Positions 47,281-55,506 of a DNA stretch of 64,000 bases are shown piece after piece. The notes under the pieces are model-generated. The model saw nothing but the letters and a program-made list of their open reading frames with translations, was not told the origin of the DNA and searched no databases. Every line of letters starts with the position of its first letter. Within the stretch, counting starts at the first letter, position 1. The position numbers and the translations under genes are program-made. Source of the stretch: a virus. The stretch lies in the IMG/VR virus record IMGVR_UViG_3300045988_048443; one strand, given 5' to 3'.

Positions 47281-47335
47281 AGCCGCTCACGTATTAAGTA
47301 AAGTGGAAATCTACCACATTTTCTACGGGGCGGCT
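47281..47335. repeat. GC-motif copy with a decayed inverted partner, forming a hairpin element
   Basis: The reverse complement of 47314-47335 reads AGCCGCCCCGTAGAAAATGTGG. The partner AGCCGCTCACGTA is at 47281-47293. AGCCGC (47281-47286) pairs with GCGGCT (47330-47335). The element starts 14 nt after the stop codon at 47350-47352. Confidence 0.75.
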
Positions 47336-47349
47336 CTAGCAATTTAATG

Positions 47350-47706
47350 TTATATGTTCAACTGATACACTTCACCATCATGCTGATTATCAACAAGTTT
47401 AACTTCAACATTAGTATCTTCAACTATAGAATTAAGAATAGAATCTTCAATAACTTCTTTAGGAATAGAAAACTTTAATCTACTATAATTATCTTTATTA
47501 GTTATACTAAATCTACCATCAGTATTATTCATACTAATAGCTAGAAAATAATCATTTCGTTTAATATTTTCGTTCCATCGTTGTAAGAACTTATAGAACA
47601 TTCTAAACTTTATTTCTCGACTATATAGTCTTTTAAACTTTGGAGAATACCAAGTTTTATGTTTGTCTAGTTTTTCTGTTACGTTATCATAAGCGTTTAA
47701 ATTCAT
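47350..47706 (-). CDS. Hypothetical protein
   Basis: 118-aa ORF. Confidence 0.55.
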   Translation of the reverse strand: MNLNAYDNVTEKLDKHKTWYSPKFKRLYSREIKFRMFYKFLQRWNENIKRNDYFLAISMNNTDGRFSITNKDNYSRLKFSIPKEVIEDSILNSIVEDTNVEVKLVDNQHDGEVYQLNI

Positions 47707-47710
47707 ATTA

Positions 47711-48910
47711 CTAATCTATTATATCCACTGCCTTAGCATGAAAAGGAACACTCTTAACTCCAGAACGTTCTCTATATTCTACAAAGGCATATTTACCAAT
47801 AAATTTTTCTTTATTCTTTAATATATGCTCTTGTCTTGAATGGTCAAAATTAAGAGTACATTCAAATAGTTCTTCATTAATGTCATTTCTAAGAACAAGT
47901 TTACAAAGATTAGTTCTAATTCCTTCAGGAACAACATCAACAATTTTGAACTTAGCATCATCAACTCGTTTATATTTAAGCATAGCTAAATTACGAGCAC
48001 CAAATTGATAAGCAGAATTAACATCACGAACAATAAGACCTTCAAAACCGAGACTTATAAACTTATCTCTAAATCTTGTAGCATCATAAATATTATTGAT
48101 ATTAACATCAGGTAATAATATAAGTTTACTCTTATTATTAAGATGCTGTTCGTAAGTATCAAAAGTATAACATAATCTACTTATGTTATCAATTTTAAAC
48201 TTACGTCTAGCTTCATAACTCATATTATCAATAGCAATATCATAACACCAATACTGAAGAAGTAGATGTTGAGGAAGCTTTTCATTCTTAACAAAACTAT
48301 TAATATCATTTACTTTATAACCAGGAATATAAAGTTCACCATCAAGGCAAGCTCCTTCTTCAATCATAGCATCAAGTAAATCATCTTTAATAGCTGGAAG
48401 AATTACTTCATCCATCCAAGTAAGTTTAGGAGTCCAATCAGTACCTTCTCTAGAACGATAAGTAAGTCTAATAGGATTAAACATATCATTAGTTTCTTCA
48501 GCACCAACAATACATCTAACTCCATTAATCTTATACTGACCTAAGTAACTACGTTTATCGAAAGGTTTATTATCTTTAAGTACTTTTGCAAGCATTGGAA
48601 GAACAAAACCTTCATCAGTAGTATTATTTTTTGGAAGATAAGTATTAAGAAAATTAAGAATATTAACATCACCTTCTATGTTTAAAGGAGCATTATCTTT
48701 AAGTTCAGAAACTTCTTTGTATCCCTCTTTACGTTTAGCTTTAATACGAGATTCTATTTCGTTACCTCTACTAAGTTTAGCTTTAATTATTTCGCTATGT
48801 TTATGCCCACCTACAACACCGTAATGAACTATATACTCATTATCTTGACCCCATTCGTGAATACTCCATGAAATAGGGTCACCTTTAGCGTTTCTTTTAA
48901 ATAGTATCAT
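47711..48910 (-). CDS. ATP-dependent DNA ligase with an N-terminal WGR-like domain
   Basis: Nucleotidyltransferase motifs: I YKINGVR (KxNG in place of KxDG), III LDGELY, IV FEGLIVRD, V LKYKR. The N-terminus (WSIHEWGQDNEYIVHYGVVGG) looks WGR-like. Confidence 0.7.
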   Translation of the reverse strand: MILFKRNAKGDPISWSIHEWGQDNEYIVHYGVVGGHKHSEIIKAKLSRGNEIESRIKAKRKEGYKEVSELKDNAPLNIEGDVNILNFLNTYLPKNNTTDEGFVLPMLAKVLKDNKPFDKRSYLGQYKINGVRCIVGAEETNDMFNPIRLTYRSREGTDWTPKLTWMDEVILPAIKDDLLDAMIEEGACLDGELYIPGYKVNDINSFVKNEKLPQHLLLQYWCYDIAIDNMSYEARRKFKIDNISRLCYTFDTYEQHLNNKSKLILLPDVNINNIYDATRFRDKFISLGFEGLIVRDVNSAYQFGARNLAMLKYKRVDDAKFKIVDVVPEGIRTNLCKLVLRNDINEELFECTLNFDHSRQEHILKNKEKFIGKYAFVEYRERSGVKSVPFHAKAVDIID

Positions 48911-49404
48911 ATATTAATTTTAAGTTTACTAATAAGTTTAGCTCTAGCTTGAGCGTTTAACTGAGCAGCACTTTGAGTTTTCTCTTTCTTAGGTTTTTCA
49001 AAACCTTCAAGAGTTCCTTCTTTAGCTTTCTTTCTAGTAGTACGAGTAGTCTTCTTTAAACCTTTCTTCTTATCATATATGATAGGAGGATTATCTTCTT
49101 CATATTTAAGATTACGTTTATGTAAAGCTACAAGTTTAGAAACATATTCGTCTCTTTTATTTTCATCAATCCACCCTTGTTCAAGAGCATAATTAATTCC
49201 ATATAGAGTACGACTAACTTCATATTGATAAGGAGTACCAATAGTTTGCATCATTCTCATATCATCTTTAATACGAGAACAATCAAGACGAACACAAGCT
49301 TTAGCAACAAATTCATCAGCACCACAAGTACTAATGTCTTTAACAGCCATAGCTTGAACTTGTTCATCTACTACCATAGTATAAGCTTTTGGAAATCTTA
49401 CCAT
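48907..49404 (-). CDS. Hypothetical protein with a basic C-terminal tail
   Basis: 165-aa ORF with 4-nt overlaps at both ends. K/R/T-rich C-terminus. Confidence 0.55.
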   Translation of the reverse strand: MVRFPKAYTMVVDEQVQAMAVKDISTCGADEFVAKACVRLDCSRIKDDMRMMQTIGTPYQYEVSRTLYGINYALEQGWIDENKRDEYVSKLVALHKRNLKYEEDNPPIIYDKKKGLKKTTRTTRKKAKEGTLEGFEKPKKEKTQSAAQLNAQARAKLISKLKINI

Positions 49405-49874
49405 CGTTTAGCTATTAATCTAAATATTACAACTTTATCTGGTTTACCTAGACGACCATGAGCATATTGAGCCATAGCACCAATATCATCAGTCTCTCTA
49501 GTTTGATACATTTTTGTAGGAGTTTTACAAGTATGAGTATCATAATCGTAATTAAGAGGAATATGAACAACATCTCTAAAAGGAATTAATTCATTTAAAG
49601 CATCATAATCTTCAGTACCATCATGAAAATCTACTTCACCATACGAAAATATATTATCACTATCCAAGTCAAAAGTAATACCACCTCTAGTTATAGTGAT
49701 AGCTTTACCTTTATCAAGTAAAGCTTCTTCTTTATCACTTATCCAAGTCATAAGAATACGAGTTTGTGATTTAATATTATTACCAACTTTCTCAGTATGG
49801 CAAATCACAGTCTGATAATCTTTTGAAATAGGCATCGGTATCACTCTTATCTTTTCTGTATCGGATTTCAACAT
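49398..49874 (-). CDS. Hypothetical protein; start uncertain
   Basis: The listed start overlaps the primase gene by 83 nt. Internal ATGs at 49835 and 49751 are alternatives. Confidence 0.5.
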   Translation of the reverse strand: MLKSDTEKIRVIPMPISKDYQTVICHTEKVGNNIKSQTRILMTWISDKEEALLDKGKAITITRGGITFDLDSDNIFSYGEVDFHDGTEDYDALNELIPFRDVVHIPLNYDYDTHTCKTPTKMYQTRETDDIGAMAQYAHGRLGKPDKVVIFRLIAKRW

Positions 49875-51018
49875 ATCTAATAGTTTCTTTAATAAAAGTA
49901 TCTATTTCATCATTATTGAATTTATCATGTAAATCAGCAAAATCTTTACACTCATAATCTTCAAGTCCAAATTCTCCACGAGTAATAAAAAGATAAGGAA
50001 TACCATACGTTTCTAAAAGATAATCAGCACCATCACGTCCGGTTCTATCAAAATCTAGAAGACTAACAATCATACCTTCATTATTAAGTCTTTTTCTAAG
50101 CCAAGTATATTCATTAGCTTTAAGTCTATAATTTTCACTAGGAAGATTAACAACTCCAATATTAAGAGTTTTTCCATCCGCCCCGTAGAAGATATGTTTG
50201 CTTAGATGACTACCTAAACTTAATCTATCTTTACTAGACTTAGTTATAATAATATAATCATAATCTTCTCTTTCTAGATTAGGAAGACCTTCAAGTACAT
50301 TACAATTAGTTACAAACTTTAATTCCTTAGTTCTATCACGTAATGGAAAATATAGTTTAATAAGATATACTCCAGATTTATTACGACCAAGCATATAAGC
50401 ATAACAAGGGTCATTCTTAGCATCTTTATATTTAGGAGTAGGATTAGTTACTCTATCAATATAATACTGCTCAACTGGAATAACAAAATGAGTATTAAGA
50501 TAATTCAAATCTACATTTAATTTAGCCCATATAGCTTTATCTTGACGATTCCAACTACGAGGAACAATTTCAATAATAGCTTTTTTCTTACGAGCTTTAA
50601 CGAGAGCATTCTTTATAGATTCGTCTACATTATAATCATTAACACGATTATCGATTTGATATGAAAACGTTCTATAAATATGACTTAGTACAAAATAAAA
50701 ATCTTGTTTATTATTTGTACTAATTGGTCTTTCATATACAATACTTAGTACGTAAGCTACTACACCATATACATCATCAAAGAAACCAGCACCACCAAAA
50801 TCACGAACTTTAAGCCTACCTTTGGCATTGTATGCAATACCCATACTACCATCAGTATCATCATCACGAAATACAGAAGTAATAAGATGATTATGTTCAA
50901 CACAATCTCTAACTACTTCTAATGGTATATCTAAGTATTTACTTACAATTTCTTCTTGACTTACTCTAGATTCTATAAAAGCTTTTGTAAGTTTACTTGT
51001 GTTAGCATTACGTTTCAT
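49792..51018 (-). CDS. DnaG-like DNA primase (Toprim domain)
   Basis: The C-terminal part has Toprim-like IIITKSSKDRLSL and LLDFDRTGRDGADYL (DxD). The N-terminal region aligns by eye to the primase zinc-ribbon region, but the cysteines are absent. Confidence 0.55.
   Translation of the reverse strand: MKRNANTSKLTKAFIESRVSQEEIVSKYLDIPLEVVRDCVEHNHLITSVFRDDDTDGSMGIAYNAKGRLKVRDFGGAGFFDDVYGVVAYVLSIVYERPISTNNKQDFYFVLSHIYRTFSYQIDNRVNDYNVDESIKNALVKARKKKAIIEIVPRSWNRQDKAIWAKLNVDLNYLNTHFVIPVEQYYIDRVTNPTPKYKDAKNDPCYAYMLGRNKSGVYLIKLYFPLRDRTKELKFVTNCNVLEGLPNLEREDYDYIIITKSSKDRLSLGSHLSKHIFYGADGKTLNIGVVNLPSENYRLKANEYTWLRKRLNNEGMIVSLLDFDRTGRDGADYLLETYGIPYLFITRGEFGLEDYECKDFADLHDKFNNDEIDTFIKETIRYVEIRYRKDKSDTDAYFKRLSDCDLPY
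50178..50196 (+). repeat. GC-motif copy, antisense to its host CDS
   Basis: CCGCCCCGTAGAAGATATG. In the primase gene it encodes F-Y-G-A-D-G. Confidence 0.9.
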
Positions 51019-51024
51019 ATTGAT

Positions 51025-51070
51025 AAAAAATTAGGGGCAACAACAGTATTACTACCATCGTTACCCCTTA
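51025..51070 (-). terminator. Rho-independent terminator after the SSB gene
   Basis: TTAGGGGCAAC (51031-51041) pairs with GTTACCCCTTA (51060-51070) with two mismatches. An A6 run at 51025-51030 reads as a T6 tail on the - strand. Confidence 0.65.
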
Positions 51071-51128
51071 GAACATTAAACTTTAGTTGAGAATTAGTAG
51101 GCAAAGAGATAACTCTTTACTTATCTAC

Positions 51129-52106
51129 TTAGAATGGAAGGTCGTCTGTAGCAGTTGGGTCAAATCCACCACCAGCAGGAGCGCCAGCAGCAAATTCACC
51201 ACCAACAGGAGGAACTACAGCACCACCAGCCATACCAGGCATACCAGGAATACCAGGAACACCAACAGTAGGAGTCTTATTGGTCTGCTTAGGAGTAATA
51301 CTCTCCTTAACCTTATCAATAGCAAGAATAACAGGAGGAAGAATCTTTCCTTCCTTCATCTTAACTAGTTCGATAGCACCAGAACCAACAAATGAAGTAA
51401 ACTGCAAATCTTTGCTCTTATCGACATCTACCCAATCACCTTTACGATTACGAGTAGCACGAAGCAACTTAATCCAACAAGAAAGAGGTTTACCATTACC
51501 ATCCTTAAAGCAAGGCTTAGAAACAGCATCATCAGCAACATTAAATTGACCATTGAGCATAGCAGCAACATTCTCAAAGATATGACGATAACCATTAAGA
51601 ACATCCTGTGCGTCTACTGCATTATACTGCAAGTTACCATTCTCATCTTCAGTATAATCTTCAAATGTAAGAGTAAGAGCATCTTCCTCTTCAGGAGTTA
51701 AATCACGACCTTTAAGATAAAATACATCAAGAAGATGCTTTGTCCAATTAAGAAGAGCATCTACTTGCCAAGCATTCTTACCACCAGGAATAGTATCAAC
51801 ATTACTCTCAACTGGGAAGAAAGTCTTAGTAACATAACGACGTTCCTTAACATTCTCATGATTACTAGCAAAAGTAACTACGAGACGAGGCATCTTTAAA
51901 CCGGCAAAAGAATTACCTTCTCCACTCTGAGACCACTCTACACTTACAGAATCAAGATGAGCCATAAATAAACCATTAGCTGGGCTAGCGTCTTTCTCAT
52001 GAAATTTAAGACGAGCAGCAGCTACTGTGTTATTACTAATACCTCTACGATTCTTCTTTACAGCACCATTTGCAACTGCTGCTGCTTCTTTTGTTACATC
52101 TGTCAT
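51129..52106 (-). CDS. ssb: Single-stranded DNA-binding protein
   Basis: A Gly/Pro-rich flexible tail ends in the acidic tip ATDDLPF, the hallmark SSB C-terminal peptide (compare E. coli DDDIPF). It lies within the replication module. Confidence 0.65.
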   Translation of the reverse strand: MTDVTKEAAAVANGAVKKNRRGISNNTVAAARLKFHEKDASPANGLFMAHLDSVSVEWSQSGEGNSFAGLKMPRLVVTFASNHENVKERRYVTKTFFPVESNVDTIPGGKNAWQVDALLNWTKHLLDVFYLKGRDLTPEEEDALTLTFEDYTEDENGNLQYNAVDAQDVLNGYRHIFENVAAMLNGQFNVADDAVSKPCFKDGNGKPLSCWIKLLRATRNRKGDWVDVDKSKDLQFTSFVGSGAIELVKMKEGKILPPVILAIDKVKESITPKQTNKTPTVGVPGIPGMPGMAGGAVVPPVGGEFAAGAPAGGGFDPTATDDLPF

Positions 52107-52144
52107 AACTTAATTAAGTTTTAAAACGTTTATATTAATTGATT

Positions 52145-52173
52145 AAAAAAGGGAACTGATATGCTCAGTTCCC
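52145..52173 (-). terminator. Rho-independent terminator
   Basis: Perfect 9-bp stem: GGGAACTGA (52151-52159) with TCAGTTCCC (52165-52173). The loop is 5 nt. An A6 run at 52145-52150 reads as a T6 tail on the - strand. Confidence 0.75.
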
Positions 52174-52211
52174 TATAATAAAAGCGAATGAATATCTAAT
52201 GAATGAACTAA

Positions 52212-53027
52212 TTACTCAGCAGATTCAGCAGCCTTATTAGCAGCTACACGAGCAGGCTTCTCATCAGTATACTCACCGAGTGGATAATAGATAACATCAA
52301 CAATCTTATGACCATCGTTGAACTTACCTGTCTCACCAGCCTTAACATCAACAGAGAAGACACGCTTCAAAGCAGTCTTATCTTCCATATCAGCTTTAAG
52401 CTGCTCCCAGTTGTTTGTATCAGAGAAGTTAAGCTTCAAACCAGTACCAACTGCATTACCACTAGCAGCAAGCTTGCAACCACTGAATGCCTGGGTCTGA
52501 GGACTCTGCATCTCATCAACTGTATAATGCTCCTTAATCTCTTCATCTGTAGCATCCTCGTTAAGGTTGTAAGCAGCAATGAGCTGAGCACGATTAGCAG
52601 CAATGATAGCATCAACATTCTCATCATAGAGCTTCTTCTTCTCTTCCTTAGTAAGACGAACAGCTACAGTAGCTTCTGAACCATCCTTCTTAAACATAGG
52701 AACACCCTTAGCAATATACCAAACAGTAAGAGACTTAATACAAGCTTCTACACCCTCAGAAGTCTCAAGGTCGAAACCATTATTCTTAGCATACTCCAAC
52801 AAATCGGCATTTTCCTTAGCCATTACAAGTGCTTCAACATCAGCAATGTTATTAGCAAACATAATGTTATCACCAGCCTGCAAACCAAGAGCCTTAGATA
52901 CAGAACCTGTAATAGCAAAACCACCCTTAGTAGTAGCAACAATAAGCTGAGGCTCAGCATTAACTACACTACTCTTAACACCACTTGCAACTGCTGAAAT
53001 ACCGAATGATAAACCGTTAATCTTCAT
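52212..53027 (-). CDS. Hypothetical, probably abundant protein; possible AbrB/SpoVT-like DNA-binding motif
   Basis: 271-aa ORF with its own terminator and visibly GC-richer codons (gag, aag, ctc, gcc). GFAITGSVSKALGLQAGDNIMF resembles a swapped-hairpin barrel motif, but the match is weak. Confidence 0.4.
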   Translation of the reverse strand: MKINGLSFGISAVASGVKSSVVNAEPQLIVATTKGGFAITGSVSKALGLQAGDNIMFANNIADVEALVMAKENADLLEYAKNNGFDLETSEGVEACIKSLTVWYIAKGVPMFKKDGSEATVAVRLTKEEKKKLYDENVDAIIAANRAQLIAAYNLNEDATDEEIKEHYTVDEMQSPQTQAFSGCKLAASGNAVGTGLKLNFSDTNNWEQLKADMEDKTALKRVFSVDVKAGETGKFNDGHKIVDVIYYPLGEYTDEKPARVAANKAAESAE

Positions 53028-53097
53028 AATTTTAAATATTTAAATTGTTAATAAAATAATTATATAGTATAATACTATTTACACACTAAATTGTTCC

Positions 53098-54030
53098 TTA
53101 CTCTGGAGAAACTTCACCATTAGAAATTTCTTCAATATTTACAAAGTCTTCATCATTAGGAACTGAATTGGCAAAGACTTCGGATAATTCATCGTCTGAC
53201 ATAACACCCATAAGAATATCACTAGCTATATCACGAGCACCATACATAAAAGCACGATGTCCAATCATAATACGAGTATATTTCTTAAAAGTATCTTTAG
53301 TAAATAAGTCAGCCGTATTAGCTTCTGTATAAGAGAAATGACCTACAGCATGAGTTTCAACTACTTTACCATATATTCTCTTAAACCTAGTAAACTTATA
53401 TTCAGTAACATAATCTGTAGGAGTAGCCTGAGTTCTAATAACAGGAAACTTACCTTCTTGAGCTACTTTCATAGCTTGTGGTAGATTAATGCACTTAATA
53501 CATTGTTCGTTAATTTGAAATTCATTGTATATTCTACCTTTTAAATCTTTATAGTATTTAAGAGGATAAACACCAACTATTTCATCGTCTGTTTTACTTT
53601 CAGCTTCTGCTTTGGTACGACATTTAACACAATACTGTGGAAGTAGTGTCTCATCATAAACATTATTGCCATCAGTATACTTATACTGAGGTACATAATC
53701 TTTAGTAGTTTCCCAGACTATACCTGCCCTTGACAACAACGCTTTGACGATATGAACATCAACACCGGTCTTACCATTAATTACATGGATATGTTCTATA
53801 CAAGTACTAAAAGGTAATCTTAAATCTTGTGCTCTCATAAGAATAGCAAGACCTTCATTTACACTCTTAACACCGCCTTTTTCTGTAGCAATAATCTTCT
53901 TTAGAAATACTTCTGCATTAGCAAGTTGTTTCTCATCAAGAAGATTTAGAACATGAATACCAGTATTAACATCATCTTGTCTAACAATCAAACTACGATT
54001 GCTACCATTTTCATCTTTAGTATCATTCAT
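53098..54030 (-). CDS. RecT-like single-strand annealing protein (tentative)
   Basis: AILMRAQDLRLPFSTCIEHIHVINGKTGVDVHIVKALLSRAG resembles the RecT core pattern (GL.P...i.liP..g......GY.g...l). Its position next to the SSB gene is consistent with this. Confidence 0.4.
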   Translation of the reverse strand: MNDTKDENGSNRSLIVRQDDVNTGIHVLNLLDEKQLANAEVFLKKIIATEKGGVKSVNEGLAILMRAQDLRLPFSTCIEHIHVINGKTGVDVHIVKALLSRAGIVWETTKDYVPQYKYTDGNNVYDETLLPQYCVKCRTKAEAESKTDDEIVGVYPLKYYKDLKGRIYNEFQINEQCIKCINLPQAMKVAQEGKFPVIRTQATPTDYVTEYKFTRFKRIYGKVVETHAVGHFSYTEANTADLFTKDTFKKYTRIMIGHRAFMYGARDIASDILMGVMSDDELSEVFANSVPNDEDFVNIEEISNGEVSPE

Positions 54031-54090
54031 TATTTCAAAGAGCTTATTAGTTCGTTTTCTAATTTCTGCTGCAAAGATAAGAACTTTTTC

Positions 54091-55506
54091 TTAATCGACA
54101 ATACAATAAGCATTATTATTATCAACTTTAACATTTCTATCAAAATCGTTAATTATTGTATGATTGATTGGAACAGCCCTATCTTCTAGTTTTTTCTCCT
54201 CTAACGTGCCTTTATAAAATAAGGTGTATAATAATACCTCATTACTGAAATGAACCTTAGAAAGCCTATAGAAATAGCTCTCAATAGTATCACATAAGGG
54301 AGAAGTGATTATAACCAAATCAATATCAACATCTAAAGACTTGTCAGGCGAAGCACCACAAGAAATTACATTTATCTTATGAGTGTTCATAAGTTTTTGT
54401 GCAAGTTTCTTTTGAGCAATAACACCTAGAAGTTTAGGTTGACCTTTCTTTGGACCACTCTTTACAAGAATAGGATTTCCATAATCATCTACAGCAGGAA
54501 CATTATCTACTTTATCATGGCAATTAGCACAAATTCTTTTACCAGATTTATCATTAAGATAATCAGTAACAAGATTAGCAAATTCACCATACTTGTTTAT
54601 AATGAGTATATTCTTGTCTGAATTGTTATTGACTATATCTAAGATATTACTAAGTTTATCTTTAGAACTAGCAAGTTTAGTACTACGTTCTCTAACAATA
54701 TTATAAATACTATCAGCACGTTCTTTAATAGCAGAAGGACTATAAAGTCTATCTATATCTCTATTAAATTCTGAAGACATATCTAGATGATTATCCCAAC
54801 CATTAGTACGAGCAATAGCATCACATATCATCATACTAGAACAATTAGTAACACTATTTCCTAATCGAGCATACTTAATATTATCAAAGTTACCAAATAT
54901 AGCTAGAGCAGTAGAAATTTCCCTATTATAATAGTTCATTTCTTTATCTAGTTCACTATCAGGTACTATAGTTAATCCTACCAAACACTCTTTTACGGGG
55001 CGGTTAGACCTAACTTCATCAATAACATTTTGACTAAAGTTACCAATACTAGGAGCAACAGTATAGAAATCATCCATAGTTTTACTATCTAGTAGCTTAT
55101 TGAGAATTACTAGATTAAACTTAGACTTTTCTATCATAGCTATATGTACAAAATGAAATATACTAGGATTATAAATTATAGTCAGTAGAGGACTATAATC
55201 ATTAATATGTTCAGCAGCATATTCAGTAGTTAAAATCCTAAGACTTCCATTATGTATTACAGTACGAAAAGAATTATTCCATACTTCATTGTTCAAAGTA
55301 GTTAAATAACTTTCAATACTACTTCTATCTGCAAAATCTTTCACAATAATAACAACACTAGTCGTAGGAGACTTATTGTAAAGTTGTGGAAGAATATAAA
55401 GCAGAGGTCTTAGAGCATCAAAAGGAGCAGGTATTACAAAAGTACCTATTCCTTTATTTAATCTCCAAACATCAACAGCATTTAAATAAACTTGTTCTTC
55501 TGTCAT
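54091..55506 (-). CDS. Helicase-like protein with degenerate motifs (tentative)
   Basis: 471 aa. The C-terminal LDVDIDLVIITSPLCDTIESYFYRLSKV resembles SF2 motifs V-VI. I could find no canonical Walker A (GxxxxGK[ST]). Confidence 0.3.
   Translation of the reverse strand: MTEEQVYLNAVDVWRLNKGIGTFVIPAPFDALRPLLYILPQLYNKSPTTSVVIIVKDFADRSSIESYLTTLNNEVWNNSFRTVIHNGSLRILTTEYAAEHINDYSPLLTIIYNPSIFHFVHIAMIEKSKFNLVILNKLLDSKTMDDFYTVAPSIGNFSQNVIDEVRSNRPVKECLVGLTIVPDSELDKEMNYYNREISTALAIFGNFDNIKYARLGNSVTNCSSMMICDAIARTNGWDNHLDMSSEFNRDIDRLYSPSAIKERADSIYNIVRERSTKLASSKDKLSNILDIVNNNSDKNILIINKYGEFANLVTDYLNDKSGKRICANCHDKVDNVPAVDDYGNPILVKSGPKKGQPKLLGVIAQKKLAQKLMNTHKINVISCGASPDKSLDVDIDLVIITSPLCDTIESYFYRLSKVHFSNEVLLYTLFYKGTLEEKKLEDRAVPINHTIINDFDRNVKVDNNNAYCIVD
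54986..55005 (-). repeat. GC-motif copy (reverse orientation), co-oriented with its host CDS
   Basis: The reverse complement reads AACCGCCCCGTAAAAGAGTG. It encodes N-R-P-V-K-E. Confidence 0.85.
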
